This document shows, in pieces, positions 35,644 through 43,861 of a stretch of 64,000 nucleotides of DNA. Origin of the DNA: Candidatus Nomurabacteria bacterium (GTDB taxonomy: Bacteria > Patescibacteriota > Minisyncoccia > Phycocordibacterales > UBA5272); assembly GCA_040376695.1 (NCBI GenBank), contig JBEIQD010000002.1, forward strand, positions 114,436-178,435, written 5' to 3'. Under the pieces are notes generated by a model. The model did not search any database. It was given only the letters and a program-made list of their open reading frames with translations, and had not been told where the DNA came from. The stretch's first letter is position 1; every line of letters starts with the position of its first letter. A program made the position numbers and the translations under genes.

Positions 35644-36369
35644 CTATATAAGCAAGAGCTTTTCTAGTACCTCTTGCATGTCTTGTGGCACTTCACAGGT
35701 GAAGGTTTTTTCAATATACCCTTCAGATTCGCCTGGAATATTAATGGTAAGGGAGTACGCATGTAGCATTGAACGTGGCGCAACATCTCTTCCTGCCTTT
35801 GATCCATATAAATCATCCCCAATAATTGGGTGACGAATACCCCTAAAATGAGCTCTAATCTGGTGAGTGCGACCAGTGAGCGGATAACATTCTACATAGC
35901 AGTACTGCTTTCCATCTGCTGCTGTTGAGCGCTTAAGAACTTTGTATCGAGTGATTGCTTCACGTTCCTCCCCTCGCGCGTCCCCTGAAAACATATCTAC
36001 AATGGTTCGTTTCCTAAAGTCTGACTTAGCGCGGGCAATTGGAAGTGAAACCATACCCGTATCGTGCTTTATATTACCCTCAACAATCGCTCGATATATT
36101 TTGCGTGTTGTGTGATCTTTAAACTGCTTTTTAAGTGTGGTAAAAGAAATATTATTCTTAGCAAGAATAAGCACGCCTGTAGTATTCCTGTCTAATCGAT
36201 GCACAATTCCCTCACGCCCTTTGTCCCCCACTCCGTCCATTGGATACGTTTTTGCCATCCAATCCGCAATAGTTTCTTCGTCTTGCCTGTCGTCAGGGTG
36301 CACCATAATACCCGCTGGTTTATTGATGACAAGCGTGTGTTTATCTTCGTAGACAATAGGGAGATTCAT
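35644..36369 (-). CDS. RluA-family pseudouridine synthase
   Basis: HRLDRNTTGVLILAKN catalytic motif. Confidence 0.9.
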   Translation of the reverse strand: MNLPIVYEDKHTLVINKPAGIMVHPDDRQDEETIADWMAKTYPMDGVGDKGREGIVHRLDRNTTGVLILAKNNISFTTLKKQFKDHTTRKIYRAIVEGNIKHDTGMVSLPIARAKSDFRKRTIVDMFSGDARGEEREAITRYKVLKRSTAADGKQYCYVECYPLTGRTHQIRAHFRGIRHPIIGDDLYGSKAGRDVAPRSMLHAYSLTINIPGESEGYIEKTFTCEVPQDMQEVLEKLLLI

Positions 36370-36420
36370 AGATGTAGTTTAACAAAAATGACACGCAACC
36401 GCGTGTCATTTTTGCATTTG

Positions 36421-36493
36421 TGGGCAATAGAGGATTCGAACCTCTGACCTTCGCTGTGTAAAAGCGCTGCTCTACCAACTGAGCTAATCGCCC
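36421..36493 (-). tRNA. tRNA-Val (anticodon TAC)
   Basis: Acceptor GGGCGAT/ATTGCCC. D-arm GCTC-AGTTGGTA-GAGC. Anticodon loop TTTACAC. T-arm AGAGG-TTCGAAT-CCTCT. No encoded CCA. Confidence 0.8.
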
Positions 36494-36541
36494 AAGTACG
36501 TAAATACTACAACATTTTATCTTTTTTTACCAGCCCGTCCA

Positions 36542-36781
36542 CTAGTGGTGGTATATTATTTTTTCTATCTCCTGGAGAGCGGCTTGTGGATCTTCTTCAA
36601 ATTTTCTCATCAGCTCTGGGTGAGTTGTTATAAGACTTCTAAACTCTTCACCATGAACGCCGGCAAAAACCTCCAAATCCTCTCCGTGCATTTGCGCAAG
36701 TTGTATTTGAATTGTATTTCCCATCTGAACCTCTCTCTCGGATTGAGATAGAGAAGCGCCTCCCATTTGTTCCATTTTCAT
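36542..36781 (-). CDS. hypothetical small protein
   Basis: ORF between tRNA-Val and tRNA-Arg. The start is uncertain (MKMEQM...). Confidence 0.3.
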   Translation of the reverse strand: MKMEQMGGASLSQSEREVQMGNTIQIQLAQMHGEDLEVFAGVHGEEFRSLITTHPELMRKFEEDPQAALQEIEKIIYHH

Positions 36782-36843
36782 ACAAGATAAGTATACCCCA
36801 TCGCAGGATAAGTGTTTTTTTGCTAGTATGTGGTAATCCAATT

Positions 36844-36918
36844 GCCCTGGTAGTTCAATGGATAGAACAGCGGACTTCTAAGCCGTTAATAGTGGTTCGA
36901 TTCCACTCCGGGGCACCA
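36844..36918 (+). tRNA. tRNA-Arg (anticodon TCT), CCA encoded
   Basis: Acceptor GCCCTGG/CCGGGGC. D-loop AATGGATA. Anticodon loop CTTCTAA. T-arm AGTGG-TTCGATT-CCACT. Confidence 0.85.
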
Positions 36919-37010
36919 AAACGTTTATAGAGGTATTTACATATTCAACCACAGCGCTACACTCAATAATGAGTGTTCCCCGTTCATAAACCTAACTGAG
37001 GAGAAGAGTC

Positions 37011-37217
37011 ATGCCTTCTGACTGGATTCAGGATCGCGATGCAGTGATCGACCCTGAAGCAAACACATCTCAACAGCAATCACATAGCCTCAAAAGTAGC
37101 CAAAAAACGCGTCGCCCAAGACGCGTCGCCCAAATTTTCCATGACGACAATTTGTGTGACGAGCAACCTCCACATCTTGCCGACCCTACCAGCATCTCAC
37201 GTGAACATCTCATGTAG
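37011..37217 (+). CDS. hypothetical small Arg-rich protein in a GC-rich patch
   Basis: A GAGGAG RBS lies 7 nt upstream. It contains the tandem 13-bp repeat. Coding status is uncertain. Confidence 0.3.
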   Translation: MPSDWIQDRDAVIDPEANTSQQQSHSLKSSQKTRRPRRVAQIFHDDNLCDEQPPHLADPTSISREHLM

Positions 37218-37235
37218 TTTCTAAAACCCGCATTG

Positions 37236-37265
37236 CAAAAAGCGCCCCAGGAAGGCGCTTTTGTT
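37236..37265. terminator. bidirectional hairpin terminator
   Basis: aaaaagcgccccaggaaggcgcttttg. Confidence 0.7.
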
Positions 37266-37497
37266 ATTCGTAGATAACCACTCTACCTAATCTATCTTCC
37301 AGTTTTCTTCCAAGCATTCTTTGTGCGTCCCCTGTCCCACACACGATTACTTCGTCCTTCCCTATTTTGTGAACAATAGTATCAAGCACTTCACTTATTG
37401 CTTTTGTAATTTCTTCTTCGATAAGAATTTTCCCGACAGGAATAGTTTCTCCATCAAACACAATATAGTCATCAAAGATACACACGTGATGTTTCAT
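37264..37497 (-). CDS. hypothetical protein (77 aa)
   Basis: Compact ORF between the terminator and the DedA gene. No family recognised. Confidence 0.4.
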   Translation of the reverse strand: MKHHVCIFDDYIVFDGETIPVGKILIEEEITKAISEVLDTIVHKIGKDEVIVCGTGDAQRMLGRKLEDRLGRVVIYE

Positions 37498-37499
37498 GC

Positions 37500-38078
37500 T
37501 TATAGTATACCCAAATATACTAGCAGCACATAGAGAGCAATGAGTGCGACAATTCCTATTGTTACCACCTTTGTATGTTTCAAAATATATTCACGCGCTT
37601 CATCTCCATATTCATACGAAAAGTAAGCGACAATACCCACTCGAATTAGACGACCCAAAAAGAAAGCAGTTACTACGACAATAAATGAAAGTGAAAATAC
37701 TCCAGACAGAAATGCAAAGATTCGATCTGGAAGTGGGGTAAACGCTGCGAGAAACATACTCACAAACGTATTGTGCTCAAACATTGTTTGCGTGTAAGTT
37801 GCTAACAGTGATGAATCAAAAAAACTCTGGAACCATGTTTGGTATGTGGTATATAAATATTTTCCCGTAACATACAAAAGTGCTGCCCCTGTTGCAGAAC
37901 CAGCTGCAGAAATAACACTGAGGAGTTTCCAAGAGATATCTTTTCTGTACGAGAGCACTGCCGCAACAACAAGCTCTGGCAAAAGTGGAGATATTGTTGT
38001 TTCAAGAAAAGCCACAATAAATACCCCTGTTTTTATCCAAGACCTGGTCGCAACGTAGGCAATCCACCTATCTATCAT
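37500..38078 (-). CDS. DedA/TVP38-family membrane protein
   Basis: FLETTISPLLPELVV motif and multiple TM helices. The start was set at the internal Met. Confidence 0.6.
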   Translation of the reverse strand: MIDRWIAYVATRSWIKTGVFIVAFLETTISPLLPELVVAAVLSYRKDISWKLLSVISAAGSATGAALLYVTGKYLYTTYQTWFQSFFDSSLLATYTQTMFEHNTFVSMFLAAFTPLPDRIFAFLSGVFSLSFIVVVTAFFLGRLIRVGIVAYFSYEYGDEAREYILKHTKVVTIGIVALIALYVLLVYLGIL

Positions 38079-38103
38079 CTTCACTTCTTTCTGAAGTGTT
38101 GTA

Positions 38104-38481
38104 CTAACGAAGTTTTGTTCCATTTGGAAGAGGTGTTGTTGGATTAAGGAGTGCAAATGAATCATCTGTTGATCCCGCTAAAATCATTCCTTGTGATTCA
38201 TGTCCACGCAACATACGTGGGGCAAGATTTGTTATAAAAGGAAATTGTTTTCCTAATAAATCTTCCGGCTGCACAAACTCTCTAATCCCTGAAAGTATTT
38301 GTCGTGGGGACGTTTCGCCAAGATCAACTTGTAATATATAAAGTTTGTCCGCACCTTCAACAATATTAACTGATACAACTGTTCCTAGTCTGATTTCTAT
38401 TTTTAGAAAATCATCAATAGTAGCAAAAACCTTCTCAGGAATTACCTCCTCCTTTTTTATTTCTTCCTGTGGTTCATTCAT
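38104..38481 (-). CDS. stand-alone tRNA-binding protein (Trbp111/CsaA/EMAP-like OB domain)
   Basis: ...IRLGTVVSVNIVEGADKLYILQVDLGE...QGMILA. The start was chosen at MNEPQEE, preceded by GGGGGA. Confidence 0.6.
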   Translation of the reverse strand: MNEPQEEIKKEEVIPEKVFATIDDFLKIEIRLGTVVSVNIVEGADKLYILQVDLGETSPRQILSGIREFVQPEDLLGKQFPFITNLAPRMLRGHESQGMILAGSTDDSFALLNPTTPLPNGTKLR

Positions 38482-38491
38482 ATCCCCCACT

Positions 38492-38962
38492 TTACCAGTT
38501 ATCATTTCCTCTGTCACTTTTGTTGTCTTCTTCATCGTCCTCCTCTTCAAACTCTTCATCATTTGAAATGACAGGGCCATGAACCTTATCAAGATATCTC
38601 TGAAGCACAATTGCAGCAGCCTGATCATCTACTTCTCGGGTTGCCTCGTTTCCTGGCTGCTTTCGAGCCTCCACTGTTGAATACCATTCTTTTTCATACG
38701 CGATAATAACGTCAGCAGCAGATTCCAATTTAGCACCAAAAGCACGCGCTTCCTTCGCCACAGGATTTGGCTTTCCTTTTTGATCAACACTTTCCCCGAT
38801 AACAATTGTTCCGAATTTCATTTCGCGAATAAGCTCCATCGTATCCTTAAAGAGTTGAGCGTCGTTTGGAGAAATCATAAGAGGAAAAGCTAGACGCCCC
38901 TCATCGTCTGATTGCGCAAAGCCAACCTTCTTCGTACCAAAATCAATTCCTAAATATTTCAT
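38492..38962 (-). CDS. ruvX: Holliday-junction resolvase-like RuvX/YqgF with acidic tail
   Basis: MKYLGIDFGTKKVGFAQSDD... Confidence 0.85.
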   Translation of the reverse strand: MKYLGIDFGTKKVGFAQSDDEGRLAFPLMISPNDAQLFKDTMELIREMKFGTIVIGESVDQKGKPNPVAKEARAFGAKLESAADVIIAYEKEWYSTVEARKQPGNEATREVDDQAAAIVLQRYLDKVHGPVISNDEEFEEEDDEEDNKSDRGNDNW

Positions 38963-38985
38963 GCTCTATAGTATATCAACTAGTT

Positions 38986-39246
38986 TTATTTCTTTCCCCA
39001 TCTCCAACTTGGTTTCTCACCTTTTTTGTAAGAAATTACGATAAGTAAAATCGTAACTCCCGCCATCAGAAAATGGTAATACAGTGGCGCTCCAGAACCG
39101 CCGCCGTCTAATGCTTTGTCCACCGTTGACCTGACATAGATAAATACAGAAAAAAGATATAACACTATCACTAACCACCCTTCCCATGAGCTCGGTGTCC
39201 ATCCCCATCCATACGTTTTTGCCTTAAACCAAAGTTTCTTTTCCAT
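38986..39246 (-). CDS. small two-TM membrane protein
   Basis: Trimmed to MEKKLWF..., because the longer ORF overlaps tRNA-Ser on the other strand. Confidence 0.3.
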   Translation of the reverse strand: MEKKLWFKAKTYGWGWTPSSWEGWLVIVLYLFSVFIYVRSTVDKALDGGGSGAPLYYHFLMAGVTILLIVISYKKGEKPSWRWGKK

Positions 39247-39317
39247 ATACCCTAAGTATACAGTAGATATTTCAAAAAAAGGCAAACCATGATAGAGTAG
39301 TACAACAATCGAAAGTT

Positions 39318-39404
39318 GGAGGAGTGGCAGAGTGGTCGATTGCACCTGTCTTGAAAACAGGAGTCTGGGCAACCGGACCGTGAGTTCGAATCTCACCTCC
39401 TCCG
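39318..39404 (+). tRNA. tRNA-Ser (anticodon TGA), long variable arm
   Basis: Acceptor GGAGGAG/CTCCTCC. Anticodon stem CCTGT/ACAGG with loop CTTGAAA. T-arm GTGAG-TTCGAAT-CTCAC. Discriminator G. Confidence 0.85.
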
Positions 39405-39499
39405 CAGTAAAGAAAAGACCGAAAGCTAAAGCTTTCGGTCTTTTCTTTGTCACAGTATTCTGATGTAAACCGTTATACTTACTATAACCCCACAACACT

Positions 39500-40444
39500 A
39501 TGACACTATTCAAAAAAACCGCCATTTTATTTAGCTTAGGAGCACTTGCCGTCTCTTCAGTAGCTTTTGCTTTTGAACCAAAAGAAACCGCTCGTTATTT
39601 TAACGGCCCAACAGTTTCTGGAGAAACTTCAACAAGCGCTACGTTCTCACTCTCATCTTCAGTGCTTGCTGGAATGACAAGCGAAGAAAAAGCGCGTGTA
39701 TATTTTGAATACATAGAAAAAGATCTCATGTGTATTGCTATTTACCCTACCCCGGCAGCATGTCTTCCAAAGAAGACAGAAGTTGGTAAAACACCAGTGG
39801 AAATAAAAGATCTCAAGCCGAATACAACATACACAGTTAAATACAAGGCGGACAATACCATTATGTGTATCACCGCACCGTGCCCAGGTAATGAATTTGA
39901 AAGCCTAACCACAGAATTTAAAACTCAGACAACAGTAACCCCTCCACCGCAAACAGTGATTACGAAAAACCTCTTCATAGGTAGTCGAGGTGTACAAGTA
40001 ACGCTTCTCCAGGAATTTCTTATTAGCAAAGGATACATGCGTGGAACAGCAACAGGTTATTTCGGTTTCGTAACATTCCAGTCAGTACGTGAATTCCAAA
40101 AAGCACACATTGTTCCTTCAACAGGTTTCGTAGGAGTACTCACACGAAAAGCAATTGCGGATTACAATTCTGACGCCTCAGTCGGAGCAGAAAAATTTGA
40201 AGGCACAATTACTGCATACTCAACACAGTGTTTCGTAGATGGTGAATGTAGTATCACCGTGGACGGAAAGAAAATTGTAACAACAACTGGGTGGTCACAG
40301 ATGACAGTTGGGACAGTAACAGGGATTCCTGATTTTGGATCTATTGCTGATAAGGTTGGATCACGCGTCAAAGTGTACGCGAAAAAGACTGCTACAGGAT
40401 ACACACTCTACGGAAGTACAGACTATTACGTACAAGTACAATAA
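39500..40444 (+). CDS. secreted protein with peptidoglycan-binding (PG_binding_1-like) domain
   Basis: Signal peptide. A central segment LQEFLISKGYMRGTATGYFGFVTFQSVREFQKAH. Confidence 0.5.
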   Translation: MTLFKKTAILFSLGALAVSSVAFAFEPKETARYFNGPTVSGETSTSATFSLSSSVLAGMTSEEKARVYFEYIEKDLMCIAIYPTPAACLPKKTEVGKTPVEIKDLKPNTTYTVKYKADNTIMCITAPCPGNEFESLTTEFKTQTTVTPPPQTVITKNLFIGSRGVQVTLLQEFLISKGYMRGTATGYFGFVTFQSVREFQKAHIVPSTGFVGVLTRKAIADYNSDASVGAEKFEGTITAYSTQCFVDGECSITVDGKKIVTTTGWSQMTVGTVTGIPDFGSIADKVGSRVKVYAKKTATGYTLYGSTDYYVQVQ

Positions 40445-40528
40445 ATTCGTAAGAATACTCACTCTTGTATCGTCATCAATAGAGCGAGCCTCATTGGCCG
40501 TTTTATACGCCCTTAAATAAACAACCAT

Positions 40529-40807
40529 ATGACAACAAAAACAGACTTCGAAACAAAGTTCGCTGAAACAGGAAGAAACATCGATGAAATGATCCTAGAT
40601 ACTCGTGAAAACTATCGAGAAGAGCGTCAGGAGCTACGTAACAAGTGGGACAAACTTGAAGCAAGGCGTACTGAGCTTGCGGATCAAGGCGACGACAAGT
40701 GGGAAGAGGTAAAAACAGAATTTGAGGAAGGTTGGGAGGAAGTAAAAAATTCGTATGAAGATTTGAAAGAAAAACTTTCAGAGAATCACGAAGGGCATAA
40801 TCATTAA
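40529..40807 (+). CDS. hypothetical coiled-coil acidic protein
   Basis: 92 aa, followed by a terminator. Confidence 0.4.
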   Translation: MTTKTDFETKFAETGRNIDEMILDTRENYREERQELRNKWDKLEARRTELADQGDDKWEEVKTEFEEGWEEVKNSYEDLKEKLSENHEGHNH

Positions 40808-40813
40808 ATAACA

Positions 40814-40842
40814 AAAGCACCCGAGGGGGTGCTTTTGTTTTG
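40814..40842 (+). terminator. rho-independent terminator
   Basis: aaaagcacccgagggggtgcttttgttttg. Confidence 0.75.
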
Positions 40843-40980
40843 AAGGTGCAGAATACCTGTCACAAGTCGCACCGCTTTCTGGGTAGATTAAGAGTTTTTA
40901 TGGGTGATTGGGAGAAGAAAGAATTATATAAAATAAAAACCGCCGACAAGCAGCGGAATCTACTTGTCGGCGGATGATGG

Positions 40981-41382
40981 TTAGACCTTGAACCGGATGA
41001 TTATGGACATCTCGGTACGGACACCTTTGCGGCCAAGTGCTTTCTCCCCGGCCTTGTCCCATAGCGTCCAGTTCTCCGTCTTGATGGTGACGTAGACCTG
41101 ATCCACTTTGCGCTCCACGGCCAACACCTTGCATGACTCCACGATGGCGAACGGGTTGATGAGGGTTCCGCAGCCTTTCGCGGCGTACTTGGCTTCGTCA
41201 GGAACACAACCTACAGCCCTGATTGTGCAGGAATAAACGATGCCTTCCGACATCAGATCGCCGGCATGGTATTCGAGGCGTTCGAAGAAGCCATTCTGGC
41301 GAACATGATCGAAAGCCGCTAAGAACTCCGGAGCTTTCGCAAACGGATCATTCATAAGATCTCCTAAGTTGAAATGAACCAT
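40981..41382 (-). CDS. hypothetical protein in GC-rich block adjacent to tRNA-Arg
   Basis: 133 aa. Local GC is ~54%. No confident family. Confidence 0.4.
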   Translation of the reverse strand: MVHFNLGDLMNDPFAKAPEFLAAFDHVRQNGFFERLEYHAGDLMSEGIVYSCTIRAVGCVPDEAKYAAKGCGTLINPFAIVESCKVLAVERKVDQVYVTIKTENWTLWDKAGEKALGRKGVRTEMSIIIRFKV

Positions 41383-41566
41383 ACCATTATATCACAATAT
41401 AATCTTTTTGTCAATATTACTTCGGCAGGAATCACCTCTCACTTTGCTAAGCTCGAAACCTTCACTCGCTCTTCGCGAGTTGCGGCCCGCGGTTCGATTC
41501 CTGTTGAGGGCAGATACCGACGAATAGAAAATAACCACCTCATCGGTGGTTATTTTCTATTCGTTG

Positions 41567-41638
41567 TGCCCTCGGCAGGAATCGAACCTGCATCGCAAGT
41601 ACCGCAAACTTGAATTCTATCCATTGAACTACGAGAGC
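41567..41638 (-). tRNA. tRNA-Arg (anticodon GCG, unusual)
   Basis: Acceptor GCTCTCG/CGAGGGC. D-loop AATGGATA. Anticodon stem CAAGT/ACTTG with loop TTGCGGT. T-arm GCAGG-TTCGATT-CCTGC. Confidence 0.65.
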
Positions 41639-41668
41639 ATGTACCGGATAGATCCGGTTGCACTAAGA

Positions 41669-41935
41669 CTATTTAGAAATCTTAGCGACTGCGCGTGCTA
41701 GACGTGCTTTCTTGCGATCAGCTGTTCCTTTCTTGATAACACCTTTTTTAGCAGCCTTATCAAGTGCCTTATATGCAAGAGAAAGAGAAGACGTAATAGC
41801 CTTTTCTCCCTTTGCGACGATGTCCTTACGAACATCTTTCACAGCTTCTTTCATTGTACGTCGGCGGCGGTCATTAACGACTCGCTTTCTGATGCTTACA
41901 CGATTTGCCTTCTTTGCGTTTTTTGTAATTGCCAT
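41669..41935 (-). CDS. rpsT: 30S ribosomal protein S20
   Basis: 88 aa, basic: MAITKNAKKANRVSIRKR... Confidence 0.9.
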   Translation of the reverse strand: MAITKNAKKANRVSIRKRVVNDRRRRTMKEAVKDVRKDIVAKGEKAITSSLSLAYKALDKAAKKGVIKKGTADRKKARLARAVAKISK

Positions 41936-42018
41936 ATCTTTATTGAGTAGGACAACTATACCACAAAGTCAATGATTTTTCAAGGATTCAAAGATTCCCT
42001 GCGTGGTATACTTTTCCC

Positions 42019-42579
42019 ATGATTGGCTATCTTAGCGGTGTTGTTCACAAAGTATCTGAAAAAGACATGATTCTTCTCGTTGGAGGAGTTGGGTACAAGC
42101 TCCTAGCCCCTCTCCCTGTTCTGCTGGCTCACAGCGCAGGCACAGAAACATCTCTCTATATACATACCCATGTACGCGAAGATCAGATTAGTTTATACGG
42201 ATTTGAGCAAGATATAGAACTTGAGCTTTTTGAAAGACTTATCAATGTTTCTGGCATTGGCCCAAAGTCAGCACTTGCCATGCTTTCGGTGCACTCACCA
42301 GCATCCGTAGCGGAGGCTGTTGAACGAGGAGACGCTGCAGTACTTTCTCACACTCCAGGCATTGGAAAGAAAACAGCTGAAAAAATTATTATAGAACTCA
42401 AAGGTAAACTTGCTCATCTTCAAGGTGTTGGGAAAACTGATTCGTTCTTTGAGGTACGCCTTGCGCTTGAAGCTCTGGGTTACTCTCCAAAAGAAGTACA
42501 CGATGTTCTTCAAAAATTAAACCCACTTGAGACAAACACAAGCACTCTCATTAAAGAGGCTCTTAGTAAGATAAAATAA
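42019..42579 (+). CDS. ruvA: Holliday junction helicase subunit RuvA
   Basis: MIGYLSGVV...VGGVGYKL... Confidence 0.9.
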   Translation: MIGYLSGVVHKVSEKDMILLVGGVGYKLLAPLPVLLAHSAGTETSLYIHTHVREDQISLYGFEQDIELELFERLINVSGIGPKSALAMLSVHSPASVAEAVERGDAAVLSHTPGIGKKTAEKIIIELKGKLAHLQGVGKTDSFFEVRLALEALGYSPKEVHDVLQKLNPLETNTSTLIKEALSKIK

Positions 42580-42583
42580 ACGT

Positions 42584-43852
42584 ATGGAAAAAATACTTCG
42601 CACAATAGAAAAACTTGTTCCTAAAAAAGTCTACCGCTTTTTCCAGCCTGCGTACCATTTCCTCCTTTCTGTAATCGGTATCATTATCTATCGTCATCCA
42701 TCACGACACATCTATGTCATCGGAATAACAGGAACAAAAGGAAAATCTTCTACGACTGAATTTGTGAACGCTGTTCTTGAAGCCGCAGGAAAGAAAACTG
42801 CCGTACTTTCAACTATTCGTTTTAAAGTAGGAGATAACTCACGTCCGAATAAATATAAGATGACGATGCCAGGAAGATTTTTTACACAAAAATTCTTGCG
42901 TGATGCAGTAACTGCTGGATGTGAATATGCTGTTATTGAAATGACATCAGAAGGCGCTCGTTTCTACCGCCACTTAGGTGTTGAACTTGATGCACTCATC
43001 TTTACCAACCTCTCCCCTGAACACATCGAGAGTCACGGTTCATTTGCAAACTACAAGCGCGCTAAATTAAAACTGGCACAACGCCTCGCCAAGAGTAATA
43101 AACCGGTTCGTCTTTCAATTGCTAATACTGATAATGAGCATGCTCCTTCGTTTCTTATTTTCCCTGTTGAAAAAAACATTGGGTACTCATTGGATCATGT
43201 ACACATCCTTAATGAAACTTCTACCTCAAGCACGATTAGATGGAACACTGCGGAAATCACTATCCCTCTCCCTGGAAAATTTAATATTTCAAACGCTCTC
43301 GCTGCACTCACTCTAGCAAACGAAGTTGGTATTTCAATTACTGACGCAAAGAAAGGAATAGAAAATCTTTCCCTTATTCGTGGAAGAGTAGAACGAATAG
43401 AAGCGGGGCAAGATTTTTCCGTGATTGTAGATTACGCTCACACCGATGACAGTCTTCGCAAACTCTATGAAACATTTCCATCATCAAGGAAAATCGCTGT
43501 GCTTGGCGCAACAGGTGGTGGACGAGATTCTTGGAAGCGCCCTGTACTTGGAACTATTGCGGATGAATGTTGTGATGAAATTATTATCACTAACGAAGAT
43601 CCATACGATGAAGACCCAACAAAGATTATTAATGAAGTTGCTGGTGGTGTGAAAAATCATACACCAATTATTATCCTTGATCGCCGTGAAGCAATTGCTC
43701 ACGCTATCTCTCTTGCAAAAACTGGTGATACTGTTTTAATAACCGGCAAAGGAACTGATCCATATATCATGGGACCAGACGGTACAAAAATTGTGTGGGA
43801 CGATGCAACGGTTGCAAAAGAGGAGCTTGAAAAACTACTCAAGAAAGCATAG
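42584..43852 (+). CDS. Mur ligase family protein (MurE/MurF-like)
   Basis: VIGITGTKGKSSTTE P-loop. EMTSEG...NLSPEHIESHGSFANY middle-domain motifs. Confidence 0.55.
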   Translation: MEKILRTIEKLVPKKVYRFFQPAYHFLLSVIGIIIYRHPSRHIYVIGITGTKGKSSTTEFVNAVLEAAGKKTAVLSTIRFKVGDNSRPNKYKMTMPGRFFTQKFLRDAVTAGCEYAVIEMTSEGARFYRHLGVELDALIFTNLSPEHIESHGSFANYKRAKLKLAQRLAKSNKPVRLSIANTDNEHAPSFLIFPVEKNIGYSLDHVHILNETSTSSTIRWNTAEITIPLPGKFNISNALAALTLANEVGISITDAKKGIENLSLIRGRVERIEAGQDFSVIVDYAHTDDSLRKLYETFPSSRKIAVLGATGGGRDSWKRPVLGTIADECCDEIIITNEDPYDEDPTKIINEVAGGVKNHTPIIILDRREAIAHAISLAKTGDTVLITGKGTDPYIMGPDGTKIVWDDATVAKEELEKLLKKA

Positions 43853-43861
43853 GCTCTACCT

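Noticed and set aside
39247-39525. N-terminal 93 residues of ORF 38986..39525
   Set aside because: Overlaps tRNA-Ser(TGA) on the opposite strand. Only the C-terminal 86-aa membrane ORF was kept.
41490-41515. tRNA-like T-arm/acceptor fragment on the plus strand
   Set aside because: Not a complete tRNA. It has no D or anticodon arms. It is treated as a partial duplicate of the adjacent tRNA-Arg 3' end and reported as a finding, not a gene.
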